Source: an uncultured delta proteobacterium (GTDB lineage: Bacteria; Desulfobacterota; Binatia; UBA9968). From it: a stretch of 64,000 nt of DNA. The notes below the pieces were generated by a model, which ran no database searches, was not told the DNA's origin, and saw only the letters and a program-made list of their open reading frames with translations. Numbering within the stretch: position 1 is the first letter of the stretch; every line of letters starts with the position of its first letter. Where the stretch lies: positions 1 through 64,000 of the forward strand of contig CAWJBB010000084.1 in the NCBI GenBank assembly GCA_963840855.1, written 5' to 3'. Position numbers and translations under genes: made by a program. This document shows, piece by piece, positions 52,694 to 64,000 of this stretch.

Positions 52694-53762
52694 TACTAGA
52701 AAGGTCGCTTGCTTCGGGAGGGAGTTACTACTGGAGTCGATTTATATAATCGATCAATAAATCTCGAGCTGTCCAATTCTCTGAGAAAGGTTGAGTTTAT
52801 GCTGCTCCGGCCGCGCCGACTGGGCCTGAGGGTATTTGACCGACAATTCCTGAAGCATGACCTGGATGCCGCGAAGGGTTGGATATGGCTTCTCTGGAAT
52901 GAGAGCCAGCCCTATACCCTCGTAGGTCTCGAGGATGGCGTCGGGGTCGTTGATCTTGAGACGCTTTTGCAGAAGCGCTAGAGCTTCATCGCGATGGCTC
53001 TTGTAGTAGTGAATACCCTCCACGTACGAAACTAAGACCTTCCTTACCAGATCGGGACGCAACTTGACCATCGATTGCGTGGCTGCCAGCACCGTCGCCT
53101 GGTATTCAAGTCCCAGCGATTGCAAGTCGGTCAGAACCGGGAAGCCATTTCCTTTGCCTTTAACGTAAGCGGCACTTCCAGCATTACCCCTTGAATTTTA
53201 CCGCTTTTGAGGGCCGAAAGCGATCCGGCTGGTTACCGATTTCAATGATCGCCACGTCCTTAGCGGGAACCAGACCATATCTGTCGAGCGCGTAGCGCGT
53301 GGCAAAATCTGAAGAGGAGCCAAATCGGCTAACGGCCACGGTCTTTCCCTTGAGTTGATCGGGTCGTTTGATTTCTTTGCCGACGATGAACTGGTAGTTC
53401 ATCGTGTTGAGAAGCCCGGCAAGAATCGCAATCCCGGACCCCTGAAGGCTGCTTTCGACCACTGGCAGTCCGGAAACCTGACCGAATTGCACTTGCCCTG
53501 AGAGCAATGCTTGCACGCCCGTAGCGCCGCCTATGACGCTTACCAGTTCAACCTCCAACCCGTTCTTACGGAAAAACCCGCCCTCATAGGCTGCCCAACC
53601 CGGCGCCTGGTTGCCGGATAATCCGGCGTACACGATTCTGATCCGTTCAAGCGGCTGTTCGGAAATTCTCTCAGCTGTGTAACCAAGAACGGGAAAAAAT
53701 AGCGGTAGCAAAGCGATAACCGCCAGTCCTCCACATCTGCGCACACAGTTCGGTTTAGCCAT
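52694..53762 (-). CDS. NMT1/THI5-like (SsuA-type) substrate-binding protein, frameshifted (3' boundary approximate)
   Basis: GFFRKNGLEVE and LKGKTVAVSRFGSSSD; continues in ORF 52754-53125. Confidence 0.78.
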
Positions 53763-54126
53763 CTTGCCTCCCGATAGCTAATTCAAGCATCACCAAGAAG
53801 TTGAGTCACGATGTCGTTCCTTATTCTCCTGTACCAAGGCGCGGGTTCCAAGTCAAAATGAATTTCTTATCCCCCACCACTCGCTCATCTCAATGTTGTT
53901 CCGCCGTTCATGTTACGGTATTTAACAATAATTCGAGGTTATAAAGACCGCGGGCGTGTCACAAAACGGACGCCCGAAGTGATGTCGGCGCGGACGGAAT
54001 TGGTTCCGGTGGTCCGAACCTATTCGGCATCGGACCTTCCCTATCCGCCCGCTAACGCGCGACTCTACGGTGCCGCTCTGGTAACATAGCCGGGTTATTT
54101 TGCATGGTTTTCGAGGCTGCATCACA

Positions 54127-55762
54127 ATGTCGCTAATGCATCGCTTGCTTTCTTGGCTTGCCTGCGCCGGTTTGGGTCGGGGCTACCTGATCAGCCTAAT
54201 CGTCGTGAGCGGCATCGCGGCGACGCTGGCGCTTTCTGTTTCGATCAGACATCAGGAATCGGACCACATTCGGCGCACCGTTGACGGGGAGGCCGAGGCG
54301 GTGTCCAGAGCAATCCAGAGCGCCATTTTGTGGCACGTCCAGTCCCTGCTCCGAATTGCCAGACGGTGGGAAGTGCGCAAACCATCGATGATCGAATGGC
54401 AGGAAGATGCTCGAATGATGCTCGAGCATTCCTATGGCTTTGAAACTATCGATTGGGTGAATTCATCCTATAGCACAGAATGGTCGGTTTATACGGGCGG
54501 ACAAAAGACCATCGATGTGGCATCCGCATTCGACGAGCCGCGCGAGAACGCGTTGAAGAAAGCACGGAAGAGTTCCGGACCCTAAACGTGAGTCGAGCCA
54601 TCGATCTTCGCGCAGTGGAACAGCAGTATTGATTTATGTGCCACTCTTTACCGGGACCGAACGCGGCACGTTCGACGGTTTTATCGCCGCGGTCCTGAAC
54701 CTCTCCTCCACGATGACCGAGATTCTGGACGTCAATCTCTTGCGCCGTTACGACCTGGAGATCCTCGAAGGCAACAAGCCGATTTATACGAAACCCGGCG
54801 CCCACGATACTTTAAATAACAAATGGGCCCAAGAAGCGGAACTCAAGCTCTATGGCGTCGTTTGGCATGGGTCGTTGTGGAAGATACGCCTGTGGCCGAC
54901 CGATGCCTGGCTCAACGAAATGCGCTCATTTCTCGACGAAATAACGCTGGTTATTGGGTTCGTCCTGACGGCTCTTCTCGCGCTGTTGAGTTACTTCTTT
55001 CAACTGGCGCGCGAGCGGGCGCGCCAGCTTGAGACCACCAATGCCAAACTTCAGCAAGAAGTGACCCAGCGTGAGCATGCGCAGGCAGCCCTCGCCGATT
55101 TCACGGCTATGATTGTTCATGATCTGCGTTCGCCATTAAGCAATGTTATCAACATTCTGGAAATGACCAGGGAGGGACTGTTCGGCTCCCTTCACTCGGA
55201 GCAGGATACATGGCTGGGAAAGGCGGAAACCACCACTCGCAATTCGGTGGATCTGATCAGTGACTTTTTGGATGTGTCCCGACTGGAGTCGGGCCGCATT
55301 GGGCTCGTGAAAGAACCCGTCGACCTGCGCCGTTTTCTCAAAGCGAGTCTGGAGAGTTACTCCCTTGCCGCGCAAGAGAAATCAATTCAACTCAACGATG
55401 AAATAGATGATTCTCTTCCGCCCGTCGAGGCCGACGCGCGGCGACTCGACCAGGTCTTAAGTAATCTCCTCAGCAACGCCTTAAAGTTCACTCCCAACGG
55501 AGGGGAAATCGTGGTGGGTGCGGCTTGCAGCCACGAGCAAATCCAGATTTGGGTCCGGGATACCGGACCGGGGATCCCACCTGACGAGATCGGTCAGATT
55601 TTTGAAAAATACAAACAAACGAAGAACGGTGTCAGGTCGAAACAAAAAGGCACTGGTCTTGGATTAGTGATTTGCAAGATGATCGTGGACGCCCACGGGG
55701 GAGCCATCTGGGCCGAGAGCAACGGAGGCGCGACCTTTAAATTTACCCTGCCGCGCCGTTAG
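54127..55762 (+). CDS. Membrane sensor histidine kinase (CHASE-like periplasmic domain, HisKA, HATPase), broken near 54580-54630
   Basis: HDLRSPL, NLLSNALKFT, DTGPGI and GTGLGL; N-terminal TM in ORF 54100-54585. Confidence 0.88.
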
Positions 55763-55825
55763 CCAGCAGCGACTTGCCGCCCGCCAGTGCTTTCGCGAAA
55801 AACCAGCTGTGCTCCGGGATTCGTG

Positions 55826-56971
55826 TCAAGATTCCGTAACAACGGCCTGCCAATGATCTAAAAAGACTATGAAACTGCAGAGTGGGATTGTATTTGCTAA
55901 TCCAGGTTTGTTCCGCTCACACCGCCACGCAGCGTTACCCTTGGAATCCAAGTTCGGTACCATCGGCGATGTCTGGCGCTCCGTCTGCGCGGCCGAAGGC
56001 AACCGCTCCCGGTCGTGGGACAGCTCGAGATGATCTAGATTGGGTCCCATCGGCACGATACCGGTGGGATTGACGTTGAGCTGGCTGTAATAGCCCGCTT
56101 TGGTCCTCTGTAAATCGCAGGTCTCTTTGATGCCAGGCCACTGGTATAGCTCACGCAGGTAGTTGGCGAGATTCGGATAATCCTGAATGCGCCGGAGATT
56201 GCACTTGAAGTGGCTGTAATAAACCAGGTCGAAGCGCAGCAGGGTCGGAAACGCGCGCCAGTCGGCCTCGGTTATTCTTTCGCCGGCCAGATAACGGCGC
56301 TCGCCGAGCTGTTTCTCCATCGTATCGAGACAGAAAAACACTTTCCGCACCGCATCATCGTAGGCTTCCTGGCTGCGCGCGAAGCCGGCGCGATAGACGC
56401 CGTTGTTCAAATGGCTGTAGACGAGTTCATTGATGCGGTCGATCTCAGCGCGGAGTTCTTCGGGATAGAAATCGTAGCGAACATTGGTGTGCGCGCCGAA
56501 GGCGGCATTGAGCATGCGGATGATTTCCGATGACTCGTTATTCACGATGGTGCGCCGCTCGCGGTCCCATAACGTCGGCACGGTGACTTTGCCGGTGTAA
56601 TTCCCATCCGCAGCGGCGTACACTTGATACAAGCGAAAACTACCGTCATCGCATGGCTTAAAGTCATCGATGGCTTCGGAATAAGTCCAGCCCTCCGCTT
56701 TAGGCCGGTCGGCGCTGGACATGGAAATGGCGCCTTCGAGCTTTTTCAATTTACGCATGATGATGGTCCGGTGAGCCCAGGGACAGGAAGGCGACACGTA
56801 CAGATGATAACGCCCTGGTTGGGCCTTGAAGCCGCCTTGGCCCGAGGGCCCCGGGCTTCCATCCGCTGTAATCCAATGGCGAAATTGTGAGTCTGCGCGC
56901 ACGAAATGGCCCCGCGCATCGGCGGGAATCCGGTCATCATTCACCCATTTGCCGTCGATCATATGGCCCAT
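55826..56971 (-). CDS. Glutathionyl-hydroquinone reductase (YqjG/omega-like GST)
   Basis: RYHLYVS..CPWAHR, VTVPTLWD, NNESSEI and NNGVYRAGFA motifs. Confidence 0.93.
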   Translation of the reverse strand: MGHMIDGKWVNDDRIPADARGHFVRADSQFRHWITADGSPGPSGQGGFKAQPGRYHLYVSPSCPWAHRTIIMRKLKKLEGAISMSSADRPKAEGWTYSEAIDDFKPCDDGSFRLYQVYAAADGNYTGKVTVPTLWDRERRTIVNNESSEIIRMLNAAFGAHTNVRYDFYPEELRAEIDRINELVYSHLNNGVYRAGFARSQEAYDDAVRKVFFCLDTMEKQLGERRYLAGERITEADWRAFPTLLRFDLVYYSHFKCNLRRIQDYPNLANYLRELYQWPGIKETCDLQRTKAGYYSQLNVNPTGIVPMGPNLDHLELSHDRERLPSAAQTERQTSPMVPNLDSKGNAAWRCERNKPGLANTIPLCSFIVFLDHWQAVVTES

Positions 56972-57162
56972 AAAATTTCTCCTCCCGCATCGCTGGTCGA
57001 CTTTTATCAGAATCCCCCGGATCCGAAAAAGGCCCATTCGACGCCTTCACTTTCGAGTTCTCTGCCGCCAAAACTCGAAACTCCCCCGCGCGCGTTGACA
57101 CCCGCGGCGCGACTCTGCGATAAGCTGGTAAATCATTTACCGCTATCGGCACAGGAGACGCA

Positions 57163-58110
57163 ATGGAAACAGTAGGTTTCATCGGTCTGGGCAACATGGG
57201 CGGTCCCGTCGCCGGCCATATTCAACGGGCGGGTTATCCAATGGTCGTCTGCGATCTCCGCGCGCAGGCGACGCGGCCTTTTCAGGAGCGCGGCGCAGCC
57301 GTGGCCGAGTCAGCGGCGGAGCTAGCCGAGCGCAGCGACGTTATCATCACCGCCCTACCGATGCCGCGCGACGTGGAACAGGTTGCTTGCGGCGCCGGCG
57401 GCATCGTCGAAGGGATCAGGGCCAATTCTATTTATATCGATATCTCCACCAGCCCGCCGTCACTTATGCGCGGCATCGAACCACGGTTTGCGGCCAAAGG
57501 AGCTTTTGTTCTCGACGCCCCGGTCGCTTCGGGCCAGCCAGGCGCGGCGCGCGGCATTCACGAAGTCATGGTCGGTGGCGAGCGCGAGGTTTTCGAACGG
57601 GCAAAGCCCATACTCGGCGCGTTCGGAGACCAGGTTTTGCACGCCGGGCCGCTGGGGACGGGAAGCATCTGCAAGCTCATGCATCAGATGATCAACAGCA
57701 CGATCTCTCAAGCCATCGCCGAAGGATTGACTCTTGGCGTCAAAGCCGGAGTCGAGACCGAGGCGCTCTGGGAATGCGTGCGGCGCGGCATGGTAGGCAG
57801 GATGCATGTGCTTCACTATCAAGTCCCACAGACCGTCTTTCGCGGTCGATTTGAAACTGACACCTTTCCATTAAAGCTGCTGCGCAAAGATGTCGGACTG
57901 GCCACGGCCCTGGGTCGCGAGCTAAACGTTCCCCTGCCGTTAGCAAACATGGCGGAACAAAACCTGGTGGCCGCTATCAATCGCGGCTGGGGTGATAAAT
58001 CCGCTTACACGGTTACGTTCCTGCTTCAGGAAGAGGCGGCGAACGTGGATCTGCGAGCCCAAGGAGTGGACCCGGACAAAGCGGCGCAATATATTTCCAC
58101 CAACCCTTAG
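57163..58110 (+). CDS. NAD(P)-dependent beta-hydroxyacid dehydrogenase (3-hydroxyisobutyrate DH family)
   Basis: VGFIGLGNMG, LDAPVASG and GSICKL motifs. Confidence 0.92.
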   Translation: METVGFIGLGNMGGPVAGHIQRAGYPMVVCDLRAQATRPFQERGAAVAESAAELAERSDVIITALPMPRDVEQVACGAGGIVEGIRANSIYIDISTSPPSLMRGIEPRFAAKGAFVLDAPVASGQPGAARGIHEVMVGGEREVFERAKPILGAFGDQVLHAGPLGTGSICKLMHQMINSTISQAIAEGLTLGVKAGVETEALWECVRRGMVGRMHVLHYQVPQTVFRGRFETDTFPLKLLRKDVGLATALGRELNVPLPLANMAEQNLVAAINRGWGDKSAYTVTFLLQEEAANVDLRAQGVDPDKAAQYISTNP

Positions 58111-58206
58111 GATTGGGTTCCAGACATTCAAGCTGATCAAGCCGTTCAAGCCGTTTTGAACGATTTGAACTGTTTGAACGTTGCATGTTTAAGAACCGGA
58201 GGTACT

Positions 58207-59340
58207 ATGGCCAATAATGGTTATAAAGTTCTCGACAGCGATATGCATATTCTCGAACCGGCGGATCTATGGCAGCGCTACATCGATTCCAGGTTCAAGC
58301 ATCTCGCGCCCGTCGGCACCACTGATCATGTAAGAGATTTACGTCTCGTCGGACCGGACGGACGCGCCTGGGGCCGCCCCATCGACCCTGCGCCGGGCAC
58401 TCTGCCGCCGCCCGGTCATATTTTTCATAAGAACCAAAAACTCTTTAAGACCCACAACGAGCGCGGCTGGTCGCCTCAAGTGCAACTGGACGCCATGGCC
58501 GAGGAGGGCATCGATGTCGCGATACTCTATCCGAGCCGCGGTTTGAATGTTCTCAGCATTCCAGACTTGGATCCCCAATTCGCTGCCGCCCTGGCGCGCG
58601 CCTACAACAACTGGCTCTATGACTTTTGCCAAGCCGACCCCGGCAGAATGATCGGCGCCGGCATGATCTCGCCTTTTCACATGGGTGACGCCGTCGCTGA
58701 AACTCAACGTTGTGTAAACGAATTAGGCTTTCGCGCAATTTTTCTTCGCGCCAATATCGTCAGCGGGCGCAACTGGCACGATCCTTTTTACGAACCGCTA
58801 TGGTCCGCTCTAGAATCGCTCGACGTGCCACTGGGGTTTCATGAGGCGAACAATTCCGCGGCGCGCCAGGCGGGCGAGCAATTCGGTTACGATTTCATGC
58901 TGCGCCATACCTTTTCACATCCCGTGGAGCAGATGTACGCCGCCGGCAGTTTTTGCGGCGGCGGTATCCTGGATCGCCATCCCAAATTGCGCGTGGCATT
59001 TCTCGAGGGCAACTGCGGCTGGCTGCCCTTTCTGCTCTGGCGCCTGGACGAGCATTGGGAGCTTTACGGCGATCAGTGGGCGCCTGAGTTAGAGCACCCG
59101 CCGAGCTATTACTTCAAACGGCAATGCTATGCATCCGTCGAGTGCGATGAAGAACCGGTGAAATACGCCATCGACTTTCTCGGCAACGAGCGCCTGGTTT
59201 TTTCCACCGATTTTCCCCACGTGGACACCAAATATCCAAAGGCGGTGGAGCGGTTCTTGGAACTGCCCATTAGCGAGGAAGACAAGCGAAAAATTTTGTG
59301 GGACAACTGCGCCGCCTATTACGGCATGATGGGAATGTGA
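58207..59340 (+). CDS. Amidohydrolase_2 family protein
   Basis: DSDMHILEP, LGFHE, FLEGNCGW and FSTDFPH motifs. Confidence 0.92.
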   Translation: MANNGYKVLDSDMHILEPADLWQRYIDSRFKHLAPVGTTDHVRDLRLVGPDGRAWGRPIDPAPGTLPPPGHIFHKNQKLFKTHNERGWSPQVQLDAMAEEGIDVAILYPSRGLNVLSIPDLDPQFAAALARAYNNWLYDFCQADPGRMIGAGMISPFHMGDAVAETQRCVNELGFRAIFLRANIVSGRNWHDPFYEPLWSALESLDVPLGFHEANNSAARQAGEQFGYDFMLRHTFSHPVEQMYAAGSFCGGGILDRHPKLRVAFLEGNCGWLPFLLWRLDEHWELYGDQWAPELEHPPSYYFKRQCYASVECDEEPVKYAIDFLGNERLVFSTDFPHVDTKYPKAVERFLELPISEEDKRKILWDNCAAYYGMMGM

Positions 59341-59486
59341 GCCGTTTGCCGGGCGCCTGGCCATCGTGACATAGGTCGATCGCAGGGCATTTTTCAGGCA
59401 ACCTTAGAAGCAAGTCTTTAGGTTAGATCTTGATATGGGGATTACGTCCTGACAGATCTTAATTCTAGGGGAGCGAAGGAGCGATT

Positions 59487-59972
59487 ATGAAAATGTTTCA
59501 CCTATTCGTCGCTATTTTCGTTCCATTGATTCTCTGCGCTGCGCCGCGCTCTGCTTGGCCGGCCGCCGACCAACTCGAAGAGATTCGCCAGGAGCAAACC
59601 AAGGATCGGCAAAAGAGACAGCTGGAAGATCTCAAGCGTCAAGAGCAACTCGAAAACCTCAAACGCGACCAGCAAATACAACAAGTGCAACGCGAGCTGG
59701 AGCAAATAAAGCAGTCAAAGGGCGACGATCCTCAGGCCCGGCAACAGGCCAGCGAGCTGCAGCGGCGCTTGGATCAACTCAGAAACGACCAGCAGCTCGA
59801 ACGGGTGCAAAGGGAATTGCAGATTAACCGGATTCAGCGCGAGCCAAATTCGTTCCGCCAGCAGGAACAGATCAGAGAACTCCAGCGCCAGCAGCAAATC
59901 GATTTTTTGCGCGATCAGTCGCGCAAAACCCAACAGGATCTCAATCGTCAGGATCTCAACCGTCCGCGCTAA
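59487..59972 (+). CDS. Secreted Gln/Arg/Glu-rich coiled-coil protein
   Basis: Signal peptide followed by a low-complexity Q-rich helix; AAGGAG RBS. Confidence 0.7.
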   Translation: MKMFHLFVAIFVPLILCAAPRSAWPAADQLEEIRQEQTKDRQKRQLEDLKRQEQLENLKRDQQIQQVQRELEQIKQSKGDDPQARQQASELQRRLDQLRNDQQLERVQRELQINRIQREPNSFRQQEQIRELQRQQQIDFLRDQSRKTQQDLNRQDLNRPR

Positions 59973-60005
59973 CCGGGTGTGTTTTTCGATTGCAGCTCTG
60001 CCGCG

Positions 60006-61490
60006 CTACGGCAAGTTCGTGCCGCCCATCAGGTAGCGGTCGCATTCCCGCGCCGCGCCGCGCCCTTCGTTGATCGCCCATACGACTAAACTCTGGCCGC
60101 GCCGGCAATCGCCCGCAGCGAACACTCCCGGCACATTGGTGGCGAACTTGCCGTAATCGGCCTTGGCGTTGGAGCGCGGGTCTTGTTCGACGCCCAACTG
60201 CTTGAGCACCGCATCCTCCGGTCCGAGAAAACCCATGGCGAGCAGCACGAGATCGGCTTGTAAAACTTTGTCGGTACCGGGCACTCGCTTGGGGATAAAC
60301 GCGCCCTGCTCGTTCTTAGCCCATACGACATCGTAAATATGCAATTCTTTGACGTTGCCGTTTTCGTCCCCTGCGAATTTCTCGCCGGTGGTAAGATAAA
60401 CGCGCGGGTCGGAGCCAAAGCGCGCCGCCACTTCTTCCTGGCCGTAGTCGAGCTTGTAAACCTTCGGCCATTCGGGCCAGGGATTGTCAGGCTGCCTTTC
60501 ATCGGGCGGCCGCGGCAGGATTTCGAGCTGGGTCAAGCTCTTGCAGCCGTGGCGCATGGCGGTGCCAACGCAGTCCGTGCCGGTATCCCCGCCGCCGACG
60601 ACGATGACGTGTTTATTTTTCGCCGAGATGTATTTGCCGTCCTGGTGGCCGCAGTCAAGCAAGCTCTTAGTATTGGCATGGAGAAATTCCATCGCCATAT
60701 GGATGCCCTTTAACTCGCGCCCCGGGATCGGCAAGTCGCGCGCCTTGGTGGCGCCCGTACAAATGACCACAGCGTCAAAATTCTCTTTCAGTTCTGCACC
60801 GGGAATATTCGCGCCGATATGCGCATTAGTGATGAATTCAACTCCCTCCGCCGCCAGCAAGTCGACCCGCCGCTGCACGATGGTCTTATCGAGTTTCATA
60901 TTGGGAATGCCGTACATGAGCAGTCCGCCGATGCGGTCGGCGCGCTCGTAAACTGTCACCTGATGGCCGGCGCGATTGAGTTGCGCTGCGCAGGCGAGTC
61001 CTGACGGACCGGAGCCGATGACGGCGACTTTCTTGCCCGTGCGTTTCTCCGGAATCTCAGGCGTCACCCATCCTCGGGCGAAACCGTTATCGACGATCGA
61101 GCACTCGATAGTTTTGATCGTGACCGGCAGTTCGTTGAGACCGAGAACGCAGGAACCTTCACAGGGTGCGGGGCAGACGCGCCCGGTGAATTCGGGAAAA
61201 TTGTTGGTCTTGTGCAGCCGCTCCAGCGCCTCTTTCCAAAGCCCGCGATATACTAAATCGTTCCATTCCGGAATTAAATTATTGATGGGGCAGCCCGATG
61301 CCATGCCGCTGATCAGCTGCCCGGTGTGGCAGAACGGGATGCCGCAATCCATGCAGCGCGCCCCTTGTTGGCGCAGTTTCTCGTCTGAAAAATGCTCGTG
61401 GAACTCTTGCCAATCCTTCACCCGCTCTAACGGTGAGCGGTCGACTGGCAGCTCGCGCTCATATTCCATGAAACCCGTTGGCTTACCCAT
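60006..61490 (-). CDS. gltD: Glutamate synthase small subunit
   Basis: [26 protein letters not shown] and GQSLVVWAI motifs. Confidence 0.98.
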   Translation of the reverse strand: MGKPTGFMEYERELPVDRSPLERVKDWQEFHEHFSDEKLRQQGARCMDCGIPFCHTGQLISGMASGCPINNLIPEWNDLVYRGLWKEALERLHKTNNFPEFTGRVCPAPCEGSCVLGLNELPVTIKTIECSIVDNGFARGWVTPEIPEKRTGKKVAVIGSGPSGLACAAQLNRAGHQVTVYERADRIGGLLMYGIPNMKLDKTIVQRRVDLLAAEGVEFITNAHIGANIPGAELKENFDAVVICTGATKARDLPIPGRELKGIHMAMEFLHANTKSLLDCGHQDGKYISAKNKHVIVVGGGDTGTDCVGTAMRHGCKSLTQLEILPRPPDERQPDNPWPEWPKVYKLDYGQEEVAARFGSDPRVYLTTGEKFAGDENGNVKELHIYDVVWAKNEQGAFIPKRVPGTDKVLQADLVLLAMGFLGPEDAVLKQLGVEQDPRSNAKADYGKFATNVPGVFAAGDCRRGQSLVVWAINEGRGAARECDRYLMGGTNLP

Positions 61491-61657
61491 CTCGCTTATC
61501 TCTCACTCCTAAGGGTACAGATATCCCACGCGCATGCCCGGCGCCCAAAAACTCTCAAATTGTTGGATTTGAGATTTTGGTTTTGAGTTGGAAGCGATCG
61601 CGAATACGCGGAGCTTAGAATACCAAACCCAAATTGGCTTGATGCGGGCCCCGCGAT

Positions 61658-64000
61658 TCAATTCCCGCTCACCCGCGACGCATCGTTTTTGTTCGCTTCG
61701 AACGCCGCCATCAACGCCTCGTCACCCACCAACCCTTTGGCCTCGGCCTGTTTTAGCGCCTCGACGACCCGGAGGTAGTCTTTGGGCATGACCTTGACGA
61801 ATTTGGGCGCGTTGTCCTGCCAGCGCGCACGAATCTTCCAGGCACGCTCGCTGTGCGTATAATAGGCGTGGCGCTTGAGCAACTCCTCGACTTCCAACAT
61901 ATCGCTAGCGTCAAGTTTTTCCAGAGACACGGTTTCCGGATTGCAACGGTTTTTGAAGCCGCCGTCTTCATCCAGAACAAAGGCGACGCCGCCGGACATA
62001 CCCGCGGCGAAATTGCGCCCGGTGGTGCCGATGACAACGACCCGGCCGCCGGTCATATACTCGCAGCCGTGGTCACCGACGCCTTCCACCACCGCGCTTA
62101 CGCCGCTGTTGCGCACGCAGAATCGCTCGCCGGCCATGCCCCGGATATAGGCCTCTCCGCTAGTGGCGCCGTAAAACGCCACGTTGCCGACGATGATATT
62201 TTCTTCCGGCGCGAAGGTCGAGCCTTCGGGCGGAAAAAGGATCACCTTGCCCCCCGACAATCCCTTGCCGAAATAATCGTTGGCGTCGCCTTCAAGCTCC
62301 AGGGTCAAGCCCGGCGGCACAAAGGCGGCGAAGCTTTGCCCGGCGGAGCCTTGGAAGTGAAAATGAATCGTGTCTTCGGGCAGCCCCCGCGGTCCGTACT
62401 TCCGCGTCACCTCGCTGCCGAGAATCGTCCCCACGACGCGATTGGTGTTTCGAATATCCAAGGTCGCCTTTACTTTCTCTCCGCGTTCGAGCGCCGGCGC
62501 CGCCAAGTCGAGCAGCACCTGGTTATCGAGGGCGTTCTCAAGCCCGTGGTTCTGTCCGATCTGGCAGTAGCGACCCACGTCGGCGGCCACCTGCGGCTGG
62601 TAAAGAATCGCCGCGTAGTCCAATCCTCGGGCCTTCCAGTGTTCCACGGCGCGGCGCACTTCGAGCCGGTCCGAGCGGCCCACCATTTCGTTCACGGTGC
62701 GAAATCCGAGTCTGGCCATGTGCTCGCGCATCTCCTGAGCGATGAAGCGCATGAAGTTAACGACATGGCCCGGGTCGCCAGTGAATTTCTTGCGCAGCTC
62801 CGGATTCTGTGTCGCCACGCCGACGGGACAGGTATCGAGATGACACACGCGCATCATGATGCAGCCCAGGGTCACCAGCGCCGTGGTCGCGAAGCCGAAT
62901 TCCTCGGCGCCGAGCATCGCCGCGATCACCACGTCACGCCCGGTTTTCAGCTGCCCGTCGGTTTCCACCGCGATGCGGCTGCGCAGATTATTGAGCACCA
63001 GAGTCTGGTGCGTTTCCGCAAGTCCCAACTCCCAGGGTAAACCTGCATGCTTGATGCTCGTTTGCGGCGAGGCGCCGGTGCCGCCGTCGTGGCCGCTGAT
63101 CAAGACCACGTCCGCGTGGCCTTTTGCCACGCCCGCGGCAATGGTACCGACGCCGATCTCGGAGACGAGTTTCACGCTGATGCGCGCGTGGTGGTTGGCG
63201 TTTTTGAGATCATGGATCAGCTGGGCCAAATCTTCGATGGAGTAAATGTCATGATGCGGCGGCGGCGAGATGAGCCCCACGCCGGGCGTCGAATGGCGCA
63301 CCTTGGCGATCCACGGATAAACTTTTCGTCCCGGCAACTCGCCGCCCTCGCCCGGCTTGGCGCCCTGCGCCATCTTGATCTGAAGCTCCTGGGCCTGGGT
63401 GAGATAGTAACTTGTCACGCCGAAGCGCCCGGAAGCGACTTGCTTGATGGCGCTGTTTTTGGAATCGCCGTTGGGCTCCAGAGTATAGCGCGCCGGATCT
63501 TCACCGCCTTCGCCGGTATTGCTCTTACCACCGATTCGGTTCATGGCGATGGCGAGGGCTTCATGGGCCTCTTTGCTGATGGAGCCGTAGGACATGGCGC
63601 CGGTTTTGAAACGCTTCACGATGGCGTCAACCGGTTCCACCTCCTCGATGGCAATGGGCTGCGGCTCGTATTTGAGTTGCATCAGCCCGCGCAGCGTAGC
63701 CATGCGCTCGGACTGGTCGTCGATGAGCTGGCTGTACTCTTTAAATGTCTTGTAATCGTTGATGCGGCAAGCTTTGTGCAACAAGTGAATCGTCCGCGGG
63801 TTGAAGAGATGCAGCTCGCCGTCTTTGCGATACTGGTACTGGCCGTAAGCTTCCAGAGTGTGGCCGTTCAGCGAATAGAACGGAAAAGCCTTGGCGTGCT
63901 GCTGTTGCGCTTCCCGCGCGATCTCCTCCAGACCCATGCCGCCGACCCGCGACGGCGTCCAGGTGAAATATTTATCGACCAACTCTTGGCCGAGCCCCAC
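61658..64000 (-). CDS. gltB: Glutamate synthase large subunit (3' part; 5' end beyond the window)
   Basis: [41 protein letters not shown] and GXGXG repeats. Confidence 0.98.
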   Translation of the reverse strand: MGLGQELVDKYFTWTPSRVGGMGLEEIAREAQQQHAKAFPFYSLNGHTLEAYGQYQYRKDGELHLFNPRTIHLLHKACRINDYKTFKEYSQLIDDQSERMATLRGLMQLKYEPQPIAIEEVEPVDAIVKRFKTGAMSYGSISKEAHEALAIAMNRIGGKSNTGEGGEDPARYTLEPNGDSKNSAIKQVASGRFGVTSYYLTQAQELQIKMAQGAKPGEGGELPGRKVYPWIAKVRHSTPGVGLISPPPHHDIYSIEDLAQLIHDLKNANHHARISVKLVSEIGVGTIAAGVAKGHADVVLISGHDGGTGASPQTSIKHAGLPWELGLAETHQTLVLNNLRSRIAVETDGQLKTGRDVVIAAMLGAEEFGFATTALVTLGCIMMRVCHLDTCPVGVATQNPELRKKFTGDPGHVVNFMRFIAQEMREHMARLGFRTVNEMVGRSDRLEVRRAVEHWKARGLDYAAILYQPQVAADVGRYCQIGQNHGLENALDNQVLLDLAAPALERGEKVKATLDIRNTNRVVGTILGSEVTRKYGPRGLPEDTIHFHFQGSAGQSFAAFVPPGLTLELEGDANDYFGKGLSGGKVILFPPEGSTFAPEENIIVGNVAFYGATSGEAYIRGMAGERFCVRNSGVSAVVEGVGDHGCEYMTGGRVVVIGTTGRNFAAGMSGGVAFVLDEDGGFKNRCNPETVSLEKLDASDMLEVEELLKRHAYYTHSERAWKIRARWQDNAPKFVKVMPKDYLRVVEALKQAEAKGLVGDEALMAAFEANKNDASRVSGN

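Noticed and set aside
53880-54100. Possible riboswitch upstream of the sensor kinase
   Set aside because: Some inverted repeats are present (CGGGCGT..ACGCCCG), but I could not match any riboswitch consensus by eye.

Overview
64-kb window of a GC-rich bacterial genome. The gene content (many orphan solute-binding proteins, amidohydrolases, CoA-transferases, VOC proteins) suggests Ca. Binatia/Binatota-like Deltaproteobacteria; this is inference. Several frameshifts, one in recG, suggest a long-read assembly with residual indels. 1-10.5 kb is an accessory island with three parts: a three-gene DDE-transposase/ExeA-type ATPase insertion element, a frameshifted 14-repeat FG-GAP protein, and a minus-strand RiPP-like operon. 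That operon encodes an STN-like secreted protein, a lasso B2-type transglutaminase-like peptidase, a 65-aa lasso-leader precursor, an HPr-kinase-like kinase, a radical SAM enzyme, a PqqD/RRE and a nucleotidyltransferase. It has no lasso cyclase and its predicted core has no Asp/Glu, so it is the best candidate for an undescribed system. Next come recG and a pyrR-pyrB*-carA-carB operon with a PyrR attenuator, where PyrB is fused to a PyrI Zn domain, an Ada-like segment and a second PyrR domain. The rest is catabolic and transport genes (an itaconate/citramalate-like CoA pathway, NarM-like plus YdeP-like genes, an ArgH-like lyase, TcuA, several SBPs), a sensor kinase and gltBD. Many small intergenic repeats occur. 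No rRNA, tRNA or CRISPR array was recognised.
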